A stretch of DNA of 63,284 bases, filler included, from Octopus bimaculoides (GCF_001194135.2; 4 parts of 4 records of this genome joined end to end with filler, not necessarily neighbours in it), one strand, 5' to 3'; counted from the first letter of the whole stretch, positions 27,131 to 40,939 are shown. Numbers and translations are program-made. Notes: generated by a model from the sequence alone, not told the origin.

Positions 27131-29294
27131 TCTTATTTCTTGAAAAAGAATAGAACTGAGTTAATGTCTTAATCTGGCTATCAGAAGACACAGCTAGTAA
27201 ACCAGTGTCTTAATATCATAGCTATTGTATTGTGTTTATCACACTCACAGATAGCTACATATATACATACATACATACATACATACATACATACATACAT
27301 ACATACACACACACATATATACATACATGCATACATACATACACATATATACATACACACACACTCACACATGCACACACTCGTACATGCACACACACAC
27401 ATACATACATGCATACATACATACATGCATACATTTATACATACATATATATGTGCATACACACACATATACACTCTTTCATGCTTGTATATTATGTGGT
27501 GTACTCTGTTTGTGCAGTTTTGAGAAGGCCTCATTATCTGTTCCAAAATAAAAATTGGATATTGAAATGTCAATATGAAGCAATGTTTAATGTGTAAATG
27601 CTTAAAAATGAAATATCATTTATCATCCTGCAACTAATGTATAATTCTTAAAGGATAGCACTGCAGCATATATCCTTTTTGGAGCAGAACAGTAACAGTC
27701 ATAGCAACTTTCAGAAATCTGATTTTTCAGAGAAATTCAGTGAAGTGATTATCTATACAATAAGTTCTTTTGTGTGACTGATTTAAAACAAACAAACAAA
27801 CAAACAAAATAACAACTCTTATTGAAAATTCTGTTTTTAATTCTACATATTACAACTACTGGCTTCTTTCCGCAACAGACTGTCTTGATTTTTTAAAACT
27901 TTTTTTTTATTTCTATTATATTTATTTATTTATTTATTTATTTTATACTGAAACTGTTTTGTAAATCGAAAGCAAAATAGTTGGCTATTTTGTGTCAAAA
28001 TTATTCTACAGCCATACATGGTTAAATTCTTTTATCTGCACAATTCTATTGCATATTTATGAACAAGAAAAATAAATAAATAAATAAATAGACAAGAAGA
28101 AATAAATAAAAAATAAAGAAATAAGAAGAAATAAAAAAAAAAAAAAAANNNNNNNNNNNNNNNNNNNNNNNNNNNNNNNNNNNNNNNNNNNNNNNNNNNN
28201 NNNNNNNNNNNNNNNNNNNNNNNNNNNNNNNNNNNNNNNNNNNNNNNNNNNNNNNNNNNNNNNNNNNNNNNNNNNNNNNNNNNNNNNNNNNNNNNNNNNN
28301 NNNNNNNNNNNNNNNNNNNNNNNNNNNNNNNNNNNNNNNNNNNNNNNNNNNNNNNNNNNNNNNNNNNNNNNNNNNNNNNNNNNNNNNNNNNNNNNNNNNN
28401 NNNNNNNNNNNNNNNNNNNNNNNNNNNNNNNNNNNNNNNNNNNNNNNNNNNNNNNNNNNNNNNNNNNNNNNNNNNNNNNNNNNNNNNNNNNNNNNNNNNN
28501 NNNNNNNNNNNNNNNNNNNNNNNNNNNNNNNNNNNNNNNNNNNNNNNNNNNNNNNNNNNNNNNNNNNNNNNNNNNNNNNNNNNNNNNNNNNNNATGAAGT
28601 ACTTCTTTTTGTCTCTAATAATAGTGAATAGTTTTATATTAAAATTTTATGGCATTGCTACCTTGTTACTCACTTTATCTTCTTCACTCGCTTTGTCATT
28701 TACAACTTCTTCCTTCATTTTCTTCAGTGTTATTTTTATTGACTTTATTTTTCTCTGTATTATTATTATTATTTTTTTTTTCCTAGTTCCTCTTTTTTTC
28801 TTCTATCATCTCCAAATCCGTTTTAATTAAAAAAAAAAAAAAACGCATTTTAATCTTCATCTTTTCATTTATTCTTTATTTTTAAAAAATTTTAATTGAT
28901 TATTTTTATTTCCATATCATTCTCTGAGAAATTAATTTCAAATTTAAATTGCGTCGTGACAAAAACTAGATTTATATGCCATTTTCTGTTTCATTGTTAG
29001 CAATATATCCTCACATTGGTATTGATGCAGTTGATTCTGTGGAATTTATCTTGGCCAAGTGTGAGATACAATGGTTTCTAGTTAAGATGTCAAATTACAG
29101 ACTATGTATGTATTCATAAGTACTGACCTCACTATTGTTTATTCTATTGTACTACCAAGCAAGACACATAGTCAGATAGTGCTCTTTATCTCAGTGTGAT
29201 TGAGCAATGAATTTTATTCATCATCATTTTAACATTCACTTTTCCAAGCTTGCATGAACTGGACAGAATATATTGAGATAAATTTTCTACAGCC

Positions 29295-29468
29295 GAGGCA
29301 CAGGAGTGGCTGTGTGATAAGTAGCTTGCTTACCAACCACATGGTTCCGGGTTCAGTCCCACTGCGTGGCACCTTGGGTGAGTGTCTTCTGCTATAGCCT
29401 CGGGCCGACCAAAGCCTTGTGAGTGGATTTGGTAGACGGAAACTGAAAGAAGCCTGTCGTATATATGC

Positions 29469-29518
<50 letters not shown>
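29295..29518 (+). mobile_element. SINE S1 5' half, cut by a scaffold join
   Basis: Intact head, CORE-like segment and (TA)n(TG)n. Confidence 0.85.
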
Positions 29519-29618
29519 NNNNNNNNNNNNNNNNNNNNNNNNNNNNNNNNNNNNNNNNNNNNTTAATTAATTAANNNNNNNNNNNNNNNNNNNNNNNNNN
29601 NNNNNNNNNNNNNNNNNN
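29519..29618. other. Artificial scaffold-join spacer (44N-TTAATTAATTAA-44N)
   Basis: Exactly 100 nt. The 12-mer at 29563-29574 has stop codons in all six frames. Confidence 0.97.
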
Positions 29619-30069
29619 GTCACTTGGCACATACGGACATGCATAACTAACTCGATAACAACAGCCTGTCTTTGCTGCACTACACGCACAAACACACATA
29701 CACACACACGCAAACACACACTGCCTCTGTACAGTATCAACCCGTCCGCCCGTCCGCCCAGCAGCGCTTCCTTTCGAACAAACCGCCAAACCCATTTATT
29801 CAGCTGAGGACCAACGCTTAACGCTAGGACTTCCAGAAAACCCGATACTGTATTAATTCCTCAGGGGTGAGCACTAACCATGTTATCTCTTCACGTTTTT
29901 TTTTCCTTCGTTTGTGTTTGTTGTCTTCTTTCCATTTGTTTATAAACCAGCTTTTATTATTTGTTTTACACATCTATATATCTATTTTATCTTCCATATA
30001 TCTTCGTTCTGTATTTACCCTCTGATTACTCAATGTTCTCACATACCTGACGCAGCTGATGTCCCAGTT

Positions 30070-30102
<33 letters not shown>

Positions 30103-30453
30103 GTCATTTTCTCACTCTCTCTCTGTCTCACGCACACACGCATTTATAAAAGAGATATTCACGTTCAGTGGATTATCAATACAAGACAAACCGAAGACCT
30201 GGTCTTCGTCAATGCGAGAATCGTTTATTAATATAACATTAAAAACACCTGTAGTTTTCAATTTCACGCATTATATTTTACGAGTTCATATCACAGCGAC
30301 GTTAAGTTTGCTTTTCACCTCTCGGGTGGTCCTATAAAATAAAGTGCAATGTACAGAAATAGACTGAATCAACGTCACTCCATGCATTCCAAACACACTT
30401 GTCGCCTATCGCTAATCTAAGAATTAAAAAAAAAATTATTATTGTTATTACTG

Positions 30454-31449
30454 AGGCAACGAGCTAGCAGAAACGTTAGTGAAATGTTTAGCGGTATTTC
30501 GTCTGTTCAAATCACGCCGAGGTCGACTTTGCCTTTTATCCTTTCGGGGTCGATAAATTAAGTACCAGTTACATACTGGGGGTCGATCTAATTCGATTGG
30601 TCCCCTCTCCCAAAATTTCGGGCCTTGTGCCTAAAGTAGAAAAGATTATTATTATCATTAAGGTAGCGAGCTGGCAGAATCGTTAGCACGCCGGGCGAAA
30701 TGCTTAGCGGTATTTCGTCTGCGGTTACGCTCTGAGTTCAAATTCCGCCGAAGTTGACTTTGCCTTTCATCATTTCGGGGTCGATAAAATAAGTACCAGT
30801 TGAACACTGGAGTCGATATAATCGACTCATCCCCACTTATCCCCAAGCTGCCCTTGTGGCAAAAATTTGAAATAACGATAATTATTATTATTAAGGTGGC
30901 GAGCTGGCAGAATCGTTAGCATGCCGGGCAAAATGCTTAGGGGCATTACGTTCTGAGTTCAAATTCCGCCGAGGTCGACTTTGCCTTTCATCCTTTCGGG
31001 GTCGATAAATTAAGTACCAGTGAAACCCTGGGGTCGATGTAATCGACTAGTCGCCTCCCAGCATATTTGAGGCTTTGTGCCTACAGCAGAAAAGATTATT
31101 ATTATTATTATTATTATTATAGCATATCGGGTTCGATTAAATAAGTACCAGTTATGCACTGGGGTCGATGTAATTGACTTACTCCCTCCCCGCAAATTTC
31201 AGGCCTTGTGCCTATAATAGAAAGAATTATTATTATTATTATTATCATTATTATTTTAGCACGCCGGAAAAAATGCTAAGCAGCATTTTGTCCGTCTTTA
31301 CGTTCCTCAAGTTCAAATTCCGCCGAGGCCGACTTTACCTTTCATCTTTTCAGGTTCGATAAATTAAGGACCAGTGAAACACTGGGGTCGATGTAATCGA
31401 CTAGATCCCCTCCCCACAAATTTCAGGCCTTGTTCCTTCAGTAGAAAGG

Positions 31450-31490
<41 letters not shown>
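30454..31490 (+). mobile_element. Head-to-tail array of five S2 SINE copies separated by (ATT)n
   Basis: Repeated unit GGCGAGCTGGCAGAATCGTTAG...GAGTTCAAATTCCGCCGAGGTCGACTTTGCC...AAGTACCAG...GGGGTCGAT...GCCTTGTGCC...AGAAAAG(ATT)n. Copies 4 and 5 are 5'-truncated. Confidence 0.9.
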
Positions 31491-31586
31491 GGAAGTGAAG
31501 TTGTAATGATCATCCCTCTCCAAAGGACATTCATGGTGGAAACTTGTGATTGGTTCGTTTGAAGCTTTTAATCAATATTATTGTTT

Positions 31587-31670
31587 ACAAATGCATTATG
31601 TATATATACAAATGCATTATGTATATATACAAATGCATTATGTATATATACAAATGCATTATGTATATAT
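31587..31670. repeat. Minisatellite, 4 x 21 bp (ACAAATGCATTATGTATATAT)
   Basis: Four perfect tandem copies. Confidence 0.95.
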
Positions 31671-32357
31671 ACACACTCATACACACTCATACACTTCGTT
31701 TTTGTATCAGCCGTGCAGGATTTTTTATCTGAATTAGTGTCTTGAAACAAATTTTGTTGACTAGGGAGAGTCATTATGCCAATATTGTTAATACACGCAC
31801 TGATTCAATAATAAGGGAGTGGAATTGAACCAGTGCGTGTGTTAATAATATTGGTATAATTACTAGACACAACAATATATGAGAGNNNNNNNNNNNNNNN
31901 NNNNNNNNNNNNNNNNNNNNNNNNNNNNNNNNNNNNNNNNNNNNNNNNNNNNNNNNNNNNNNNNNNNNNNNNNNNNNNNNNNNNNNNNNNNNNNNNNNNN
32001 NNNNNNNNNNNNNNNNNNNNNNNNNNNNNNNNNNNNNNNNNNNNNNNNNNNNNNNNNNNNNNNNNNNNNNNNNNNNNNNNNNNNNNNNNNNNNNNNNNNN
32101 NNNNNNNNNNNNNNNNNNNNNNNNNNNNNNNNNNNNNNNNNNNNNNNNNNNNNNNNNNNNNNNNNNNNNNNNNNNNNNNNNNNNNNNNNNNNNNNNNNNN
32201 NNNNNNNNNNNNNNNNNNNNNNNNNNNNNNNNNAAGAGATCAATTTAAAAGGTTTCACTATCTTTAGAAATACGTGGCTTTCCACGAATGTTATTGTGAT
32301 GTCCCCTTCATAAACGCCCCCGTGGCTAATAAAAGAAATCATAATCATTATTATTAT

Positions 32358-32572
32358 TAAGGTGTCGAGCTAGCAGAATCGTTAGTACGCCGGGCAAAAT
32401 GCTTAGCGGTATTTCGTCTGTCTTTACGATCTGAGTTCAAATTCCGCCGAGGTCGACTTTGCCTTTCATCCTTTCGGGGTCGGTAAATTAAGTATCTATT
32501 GCGTACTGGGGTCGATCTAATCGACTGGCTACCTTCCCAAAAATTTCGGGCCTTGTACCTCGAGCAGAAAAG
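32358..32572 (+). mobile_element. SINE S2
   Basis: Same unit as the array, again starting right after (ATT)n. Confidence 0.88.
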
Positions 32573-32744
32573 AATGGCAGATATGATATATTGTTTGACA
32601 CTGGTTGTTAGGATCTGTGCATTTATGACCTTGCTCGAAATTAAAGAATCATTTATTACCTCCTACTACAACTCAGACTTAACTATAATGACCTACATTG
32701 TGTCTATGAAGATCTATATGTGTCAATTATGCGAAGGGTTATGC

Positions 32745-32948
32745 ATTTGGCTCACGGTCGTAAGATAGTCGGTTCGATTCCCGGCGACGCGTGGTGTCCT
32801 TGAGCAAGACACTTTATTTCACGTTGCTCCAGTCCACTCAGCTGGCAAATATGAATAGAACCTGTATTTCAAAGGGCCAGCCTTGTCACATTGAATCTCC
32901 CTAGGAGCTAGCTAAGGGTACACGTGTCTGTGGAGTACTCAGCCACTG
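32745..32948 (+). mobile_element. Truncated SINE (head B plus tail X)
   Basis: gtgtccttgagcaagacac...ccagtccactcagctgg...tacacgtgtctgtggagt. Confidence 0.8.
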
Positions 32949-33019
32949 GGAACTGTGTGAAACTCCGTCATATATATATATATATGTGTGTGTGTGTGTA
33001 TATATATATGTGCATGTGT

Positions 33020-33290
33020 GCATATATATGTGGGGGTGGGTGAATGTTGTTGACAGTGTGTGTGCGTGTGTATCTGTATTTCTCCCAACATTACCGCTGG
33101 AGAATCGGTTTTAGTCTGTTTCCATCCACACAATTTAGTGGTTCGGCAAAAGAGGACAATGAAATAAGGACCCGTCTTTAAAAAAAAAAAAATGTTAGTC
33201 CTGAAGTCGATTTGTTCGACTAAAACCCTTCAATGCGTTGCCCTAGCGTGGCCGCAGTCTAATGACTGATACAAGTAAAAGGCAAAAGTT
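33020..33290 (+). mobile_element. SINE S1 3' half
   Basis: gtggttcggcaaaagag...gtcgatttgttcgactaaa...gcagtctaatgactgatacaagtaaaag. Confidence 0.75.
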
Positions 33291-33924
33291 AAATATTTCG
33301 CGCGTGGGCATACACAAAGAATCCTCCCTACACACGTCACACCTCTCATGGCGCCACATCCACACCAAACTCGAATTAAGACTCTTTGCCTTATCTTTGT
33401 TTCTGCAAAACTGCAATACCAAGGAATTCTTTCCCATCCTCTTCTTTCCCTCCAGCTAGCAAACTGCGTTCATCGCATCCTGTTCCGCCTTACTTTCCAG
33501 TTTAGGAGAAGACCAAACTAACGTTGGCATTGCAGCATTTTGCTGCTCACTAAACTAACCAATAAAAATGCACATCTGCAATGCTTTCTCTCTGTCCTTA
33601 GATGTTTATATATGTTCATCTCCGTTTTTATGTTCAGTTATAATAAAAAACAATCTTATATTTATCTCAGAGATTACTCTATGCCTTTGTACAGTACAAG
33701 TTTCGCCCAGCAAAGCCGACGATGGCTTAACTGGCCGAAACGTCGAAGTCACTGTCAACAACATCCCCCCCACATATATATGCACACATGCACATATATA
33801 TATATACACACACACACATATATATATGCACATATATACATACATAAACACATATATAGGCACTTATAATACATACACACACATACACACACATACACAT
33901 ATATATACATATATAGCCACTTAT

Positions 33925-33971
<47 letters not shown>

Positions 33972-34094
33972 AATATACGCATACACACACATAAATATAC
34001 ATATATATATGCACATATATACATACACACACACATATATATATATGTAATAATATAATTTATATATGCATATATACATACATATATGTAAATA

Positions 34095-34149
<55 letters not shown>

Positions 34150-34445
34150 GCATATATGGATACAAGAAGTCACAAAATGTAAACAACATGAAATACGAAA
34201 ACATGGAATACGAACTTTTTTTTGCGAACAACGAAAGAAACAAATGAGAAAAAACGACAAGTAACATAAAGAACGACCCTTCATCAGTTCTCAAAATGTG
34301 GAGTAGATAAACTGGAACCCTCGACGTCGTAAGCGACGGAGTGCCAACAACAACATTTCCACGGAGATTTAAAGAGAACGAAATGAATTAGACTCCAGCA
34401 GAATTTGAACCGAAGACTTCTTAACAGAGGTTTCTTACGTAAGTA

Positions 34446-34769
34446 GAAGGTGTATGGCTTAGTGGTTAGCGTATTCGACTCGTGATGGTAACATCATCAG
34501 TTCGATTTCCGACGGCACGTTGTGTCCTCGAGCAAAACATTTTATTTTACATTGCTCCAGTCCACTCAGCTGACAAAAATTAGTAGTACCTATAATTCAA
34601 AAAGGACCAGCCTTGAAACATTCCGTATCACACTGAATCTCCCTGAGAACTATGTTAAGAGCACACGTGTCTGTGGAGTGCTCAGCCAGTTGCACGTTAA
34701 TTTCAGGAGCAGGCTGTTCTGTTGATCAGATCAATTGAGATCCTTGTTGTCATAACTGATGAGGTGCCA
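34446..34769 (+). mobile_element. SINE (head B with CORE/Meta-like segment plus tail X)
   Basis: TGGCTTAGTGG..., GTGTCCTCGAGCAAAAC...CTCCAGTCCACTCAGCTG, then the same tail X as 34971-35150. Confidence 0.82.
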
Positions 34770-34970
34770 GTTTTTACATGGCTACATATTTTGTTAGAGT
34801 CAGTTAAGTCTACCCCTATATATTAGATTAGCGGAGGTCATTTTATTAACCCCTGCAGTGATGGAGAAGCTAAAATAAATGCCTGCGGTTATTCCAGTGG
34901 TCGAGAGGCAAAATTAAATACTTGTGAAATATTTAAGCACGTCTTCAGGCGTTCCTGTTAAGTTAATTCT

Positions 34971-35342
34971 GGTGGCACTCCGTCGGTTACGACGACGAGT
35001 GTTCCAGTTGATCACAGCTTGCTCGTGAAATTAATGTGCAAGTGGCTGAGCACTCCACAGACACGTGTACCCTTAACGTAATTCTCGGGGAGATTCAGCG
35101 TGACACAGAGTGTGACAAGGCTGACCCTTTGAAATACAGGTACAACAGAAACAGGAAGTAAGAGTGAGAGAAAGTTGTGGTGGAAGAGTACAGCGGGATT
35201 CACCACCAACCACTACCGGAGCCTCGTAGAGCTTTAGGTGTTTTCGCTCAATAAACACTCACAACGCTCGGTCTGGGAATCGAAACCGCGATCCTAAGAC
35301 CGCGAATCCGCTGCCCTAACCACTGGGCCATTGCGCTTCCAC
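34971..35342 (-). mobile_element. Full-length SINE (head A plus tail X)
   Basis: Same ~190-bp 5' half as 41347-41657 but a different 3' half. 12-bp TSD TAAGT(T/C)AATTCT with one mismatch. Confidence 0.88.
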
Positions 35343-35550
35343 TAAGTCAATTCTAATAAGTATAATAATAATTATTATAGATATCGCTATATTTTGTTAA
35401 AACAATTGTCTTTCTCTCTTCCTGTTACATCGTTAGAGGACAAAACTCAAATAAGAACAACAACTACGAACAAAAATATTTATCTGAAAGGAAATTTGCT
35501 AACGGAAGCTGACATTAATGAAGTTTATGTTTGCTTTATCATCATGAATA

Positions 35551-35600
35551 CAGTAATCCTTCACCATATCGCGGTTCACCTATCGCGGTTTATTATTTAA
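35551..35600. mobile_element. Possible pogo/Tigger-like terminal fragment
   Basis: TA|CAGTAATCCTTCACCATATCGCGGTTCACCTATCGCGG resembles Tigger-type termini; the partner end was not found. Confidence 0.4.
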
Positions 35601-36746
35601 GCTTACGTCGATTCGTCTGTGGTGTTCTTTTGCATTTATAATAAAATGAATATATACAAATTATAAATATATGAAAAAAAAAAAAAATACACGCGCAGGA
35701 GTGGCTGTGTGGTAAGTAGCTTGCTTACCGACCACATGGTTCCGGGTTCAGTCCCACTGTGTGGCACNNNNNNNNNNNNNNNNNNNNNNNNNNNNNNNNN
35801 NNNNNNNNNNNNNNNNNNNNNNNNNNNNNNNNNNNNNNNNNNNNNNNNNNNNNNNNNNNNNNNNNNNNNNNNNNNNNNNNNNNNNNNNNNNNNNNNNNNN
35901 NNNNNNNNNNNNNNNNNNNNNNNNNNNNNNNNNNNNNNNNNNNNNNNNNNNNNNNNNNNNNNNNNNNNNNNNNNNNNNNNNNNNNNNNNNNNNNNNNNNN
36001 NNNNNNNNNNNNNNNNNNNNNNNNNNNNNNNNNNNNNNNNNNNNNNNNNNNNNNNNNNNNNNNNNNNNNNNNNNNNNNNNNNNNNNNNNNNNNNNNNNNN
36101 NNNNNNNNNNNNNNNNNNNNNNNNNNNNNNNNNNNNNNNNNNNNNNNNNNNNNNNNNNNNNNNNNNNNNNNNNNNNNNNNNNNNNNNNNNNNNNNNNNNN
36201 NNNNNNNNNNNNNNNNNNNNNNNNNNNNNNNNNNNNNNNNNNNNNNNNNNNNNNNNNNNNNNNNNNNNNNNNNNNNNNNNNNNNNNNNNNNNNNNNNNNN
36301 NNNNNNNNNNNNNNNNNNNNNNNNNNNNNNNNNNNNNNNNNNNNNNNNNNNNNNNNNNNNNNNNNNNNNNNNNNNNNNNNNNNNNNNNNNNNNNNNNNNN
36401 NNNNNNNNNNNNNNNNNNNNNNNNNNNNNNNNNNNNNNNNNNNNNNNNNNNNNNNNNNNNNNNNNNNNNNNNNNNNNNNNNNNNNNNNNNNNNNNNNNNN
36501 NNNNNNNNNNNNNNNNNNNNNNNNNNNNNNNNNNNNNNNNNNNNNNNNNNNNNNNNNNNNNNNNNNNNNNNNNNNNNNNNNNNNNNNNNNNNNNNNNNNN
36601 NNNNNNNNNNNNNNNNNNNNNNNNNNNNNNNNNNNNNNNNNNNNNNNNNNNNNNNNNNNNNNNNNNNNNNNNATATATATATACAAAAGACACATTATAA
36701 GAACCAACGTCTTTCTTTCTCTACATACAAACATATATGTACCGAT

Positions 36747-36810
<64 letters not shown>

Positions 36811-37934
36811 TTGTGTGTATATATAAATATATATGTGTGTGTATACGATATGCATATATATGTATATGTACAAATCTGTATATATAAGTATATATACACA
36901 CATGTGCATACATAATACATACATACATACATACATGATATTGCTCCTTCTTGTCTCACGGTTCCACCAGTTGCAGTCCCGAGTTTAACCAGGGTGGGAG
37001 TAAAGACAAACAAAAACATCTAATCCCTAGTACTGCCACTACGAGAGGTAGCGAGAAACCAAGAAATCTCCTGTTCAAGGTGACATAGACGGCTGGAGAC
37101 CACGAGAAACAGTTCCATGCCATTTTTGTGTGGCGTTTAAGAAAACTCGGAGAAAGATGGCAAACTTGAAGACAATGAAAAAACGGATAGGCAGGGACAA
37201 AGAGAAAAGAACGAGCCCAGACTAAAAGACAGGTAATAGGTTAAAAGTTCCTCATGAAATGCTCAGCCTTCCTCTCTCTACTACTTCTGATTTTAACCTC
37301 AAACCAGGTCCTCCTCTTTACTATTTCTCTTACCTTTTACTTCTACTTCTTCCACACCTCTCCCCTTTTCCCTTTACTATCTTACTTCATTTTATATATG
37401 AAGCCTAATATAATAAAGTGTCCCCTTGAAGGACTGTTGAGGATCATCTTACAATTGCACTATGGACATCCACTGCATAGGGTGCAAATAACCGAAATGG
37501 CGAAACTATGCAGGGAACAATCGCTTCTGTTATATATATCGCCTCTCTCTCTCTCTCTTTCATTTCTTTTGTCTTTTACTTTCTAACGCCATTTTATGTT
37601 TCTACTCTTTAGTTAATCTCTTCTACCTTTCACTAGTCTCTATCATACATTATGTCTCAGCACACACACACACACACACATTCTTTCTCTCTCTCTCTCT
37701 CTCTCACTCTTACCCTATCTCTTTTCTCACTCTCTTTTTCTTACATCACTTCTCTTGTTTTTATTCGCTTGATTTTACGTTATATAATTTCTCGTCTCTC
37801 TCATATTCTGTTTCTCTCTTTCTCTTCCTCTGTCTTCTCCTATCTCCCCCTCTCTCTCTCTCNNNNNNNNNNNNNNNNNNNNNNNNNNNNNNNNNNNNNN
37901 NNNNNNNNNNNNNNNNNNNNNNNNNNNNNNNNNN

Positions 37935-37997
<63 letters not shown>

Positions 37998-38380
37998 CAT
38001 CAGTCTATATATGCAAATGTATTTGTATGTCAGCATATCACTTATCACTACCGCAACGAATATGATTGGTGGAAAACGTTAATATATGTTCCACGTCACA
38101 ATTACCAACACGCTCTACAGTTACCAAGGCATTTGTTCTTACAATTAAATCCCTGTAATTCTTCGTAACCCATTAGTGTAGGGTACTACAAGTAACCAAC
38201 AGTGTTTCAACTGCCAGCTGCTGTCATTTCTTTACTGTATAATTTATTTTACAAGGATTTTTTGAACAATAAACATACCAATTTTCACACTGGTTCTGCA
38301 TTCTTCTGCTATGTAAAACTACTTCTCATCTGCCTGCCGTCCTTCTACCGACTGTCAGTCTTCGACGTCGATTCTTCTTA

Positions 38381-38415
<35 letters not shown>

Positions 38416-38638
38416 CGTGAAGCCTTTAAAATTACTTTCCGGTAACTGTTTCGGTAATTTTCTCCTCCCCGCTTTTCTTTCCTCTCACCCTGTACTCTCC
38501 TAACGTAAATCTTATCTCGTTCAGTCCCATTCGGAAATTCAGAAATTTTGGGGCACTAAGCCGACTTGATAGGAATTGAACTCAGAAACTGAAGGAATAA
38601 AATATAATAACACAAATCATTTCGTTCAGTTTTCTATG

Positions 38639-38672
<34 letters not shown>

Positions 38673-40707
38673 CACACCACATATATATATATACATATTT
38701 ATATATACATATATACTTACATATATATACATATATACATACATATATGCATACATATATACATACATATATGCATACATATATATATACATATATGCAT
38801 ACATATATATATATACATATATATACATACATATATATATACATATATATATACATATATATATACATATATATACATATATATATACATACACATATAT
38901 ACATACACATATATACATATATATACATACANNNNNNNNNNNNNNNNNNNNNNNNNNNNNNNNNNNNNNNNNNNNNNNNNNNNNNNNNNNNNNNNNNNNN
39001 NNNNNNNNNNNNNNNNNNNNNNNNNNNNNNNNNNNNNNNNNNNNNNNNNNNNNNNNNNNNNNNNNNNNNNNNNNNNNNNNNNNNNNNNNNNNNNNNNNNN
39101 NNNNNNNNNNNNNNNNNNNNNNNNNNNNNNNNNNNNNNNNNNNNNNNNNNNNNNNNNNNNNNNNNNNNNNNNNNNNNNNNNNNNNNNNNNNNNNNNNNNN
39201 NNNNNNNNNNNNNNNNNNNNNNNNNNNNNNNNNNNNNNNNNNNNNNNNNNNNNNNNNNNNNNNNNNNNNNNNNNNNNNNNNNNNNNNNNNNNNNNNNNNN
39301 NNNNNNNNNNNNNNNNNNNNNNNNNNNNNNNNNNNNNNNNNNNNNNNNNNNNNNNNNNNNNNNNNNNNNNNNNNNNNNNNNNNNNNNNNNNNNNNNNNNN
39401 NNNNNNNNNNNNNNNNNNNNNNNNNNNNNNNNNNNNNNNNNNNNNNNNNNNNNNNNNNNNNNNNNNNNNNNNNNNNNNNNNNNNNNNNNNNNNNNNNNNN
39501 NNNNNNNNNNNNNNNNNNNNNNNNNNNNNNNNNNNNNNNNNNNNNNNNNNNNNNNNNNNNNNNNNNNNNNNNNNNNNNNNNNNNNNNNNNNNNNNNNNNN
39601 NNNNNNNNNNNNNNNNNNNNNNNNNNNNNNNNNNNNNNNNNNNNNNNNNNNNNNNNNNNNNNNNNNNNNNNNNNNNNNNNNNNNNNNNNNNNNNNNNNNN
39701 NNNNNNNNNNNNNNNNNNNNNNNNNNNNNNNNNNNNNNNNNNNNNNNNNGCATATATATAACGTATATAATAATGTTTTACTACTGTCATAACGATACTT
39801 AAATTAAAAACCTTAATAACAATTGTTTCTAATATTAGCCTAACACCATTTTTATCGACCCCGGCAAAGTTGACTTCGGCAGGATTTGAACTCAGAACGT
39901 AACACCACAATGCATTTTCTCCGACGTTCGACCTCTACTGCTTATCCATCACCCTAAATGCACAAAGCCAGAAATTTGCGAGGAGGGGAGGTGTTTGAGG
40001 CGATTAAATCGACCTTAACACAGAGGTGACCTCGGCAGGATTTGAACTCAGAACATAAACTATTCAAATCCTGCCGAATAATGATGTTCTTACTCAGTTG
40101 ACTGAACTTCTGTATCATTAGGGATTGTGAGGAATTTGCAGAGATTTAGGGCAAAGATTTCCACATGAAAGACATCAGTTAATTAAACTATGACAATCTC
40201 ATCTGGAACGGCTCCGGGTTAAGTTTCTAGAAAAATTATCAACTGTAGAGAAACTACTGTACTCCAATGTGATCTTATCCTCGTTGCTGTATTCCTGCTT
40301 AATATTTTCGTTTGATCCCAGACAAGTCTTCATTTTTATCTTGGGTTATGTTGTCTGATGTAAAGTTTTTATAAAGAAGATAGGATGTGATTTGAAGGAA
40401 ATTGACTGTTGTTCTTAGCCAGTCGAGCACTGATTCGGTCGTTGTCTTGCCCTCTATTCTACGCATTCATATAGGTCCTGTTGATTGTTATTCATGATAT
40501 AATTCATCCCAATTAGAGCAACATTCATGTTTGCCGTTATTAAGATCGATTCTCAAAGACTACTTCTTCCTCGTCACTGGCTGGATGTTATTGACCGTTT
40601 TAATGGTATTATTTTTGTCTACCTGGAAACATTTAACTAGAAGTAGACTACGAGCATTTCAACACATTCCCCAGTCAATCTATAAAGGCCAAGTGCAATA
40701 TATGTAC

Positions 40708-40928
40708 CAGCGGTCGCCAATCATTTTTGCATCACGACTCGGTATCATGCAAAACTATTTTTCCAAGGACCGGGCGACCACGCGCACAACAAAACACAGT
40801 GTGTATAATACATAATTTAATTATTGCATATATAATACATATATAATGTAAAAACACTCTGCAAACTTTAAAAAATTTTTCTTTCTGTGCGGCCCGGTAG
40901 TGGACTGCGGCCCGAAGGTTGACCCCGG
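40708..40928. mobile_element. Possible degenerate hAT MITE
   Basis: Starts CAGCGGTCGCCAA and ends with gcggcccg...ggttgaccccgg. The TIR match is imperfect and no TSD was confirmed. Confidence 0.4.
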
Positions 40929-40939
40929 TGTATATGACT

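Noticed and set aside
29563-29574. TTAATTAATTAA as a biological motif (piggyBac or homeobox site)
   Set aside because: Always centred in exactly 44+44 Ns, so it is a synthetic linker.
30454-31490. CRISPR-like regularly repeated array
   Set aside because: Units are ~200-bp Pol III SINEs with (ATT)n linkers; there are no unique spacers or cas genes, and the context is eukaryotic.
33705-33755. Hammerhead-ribozyme-like CCGACGA-TGGC..GGCC-GAAAC
   Set aside because: The core has C in place of the conserved U, and no stem I pairing could be built; at most a decayed remnant.
35709-39910. Long ORFs of 250-420 aa in the track (also 13055-13671, 31863-32348, 42224-42926, 53015-54085)
   Set aside because: They are open only because they run through N gaps and microsatellites.
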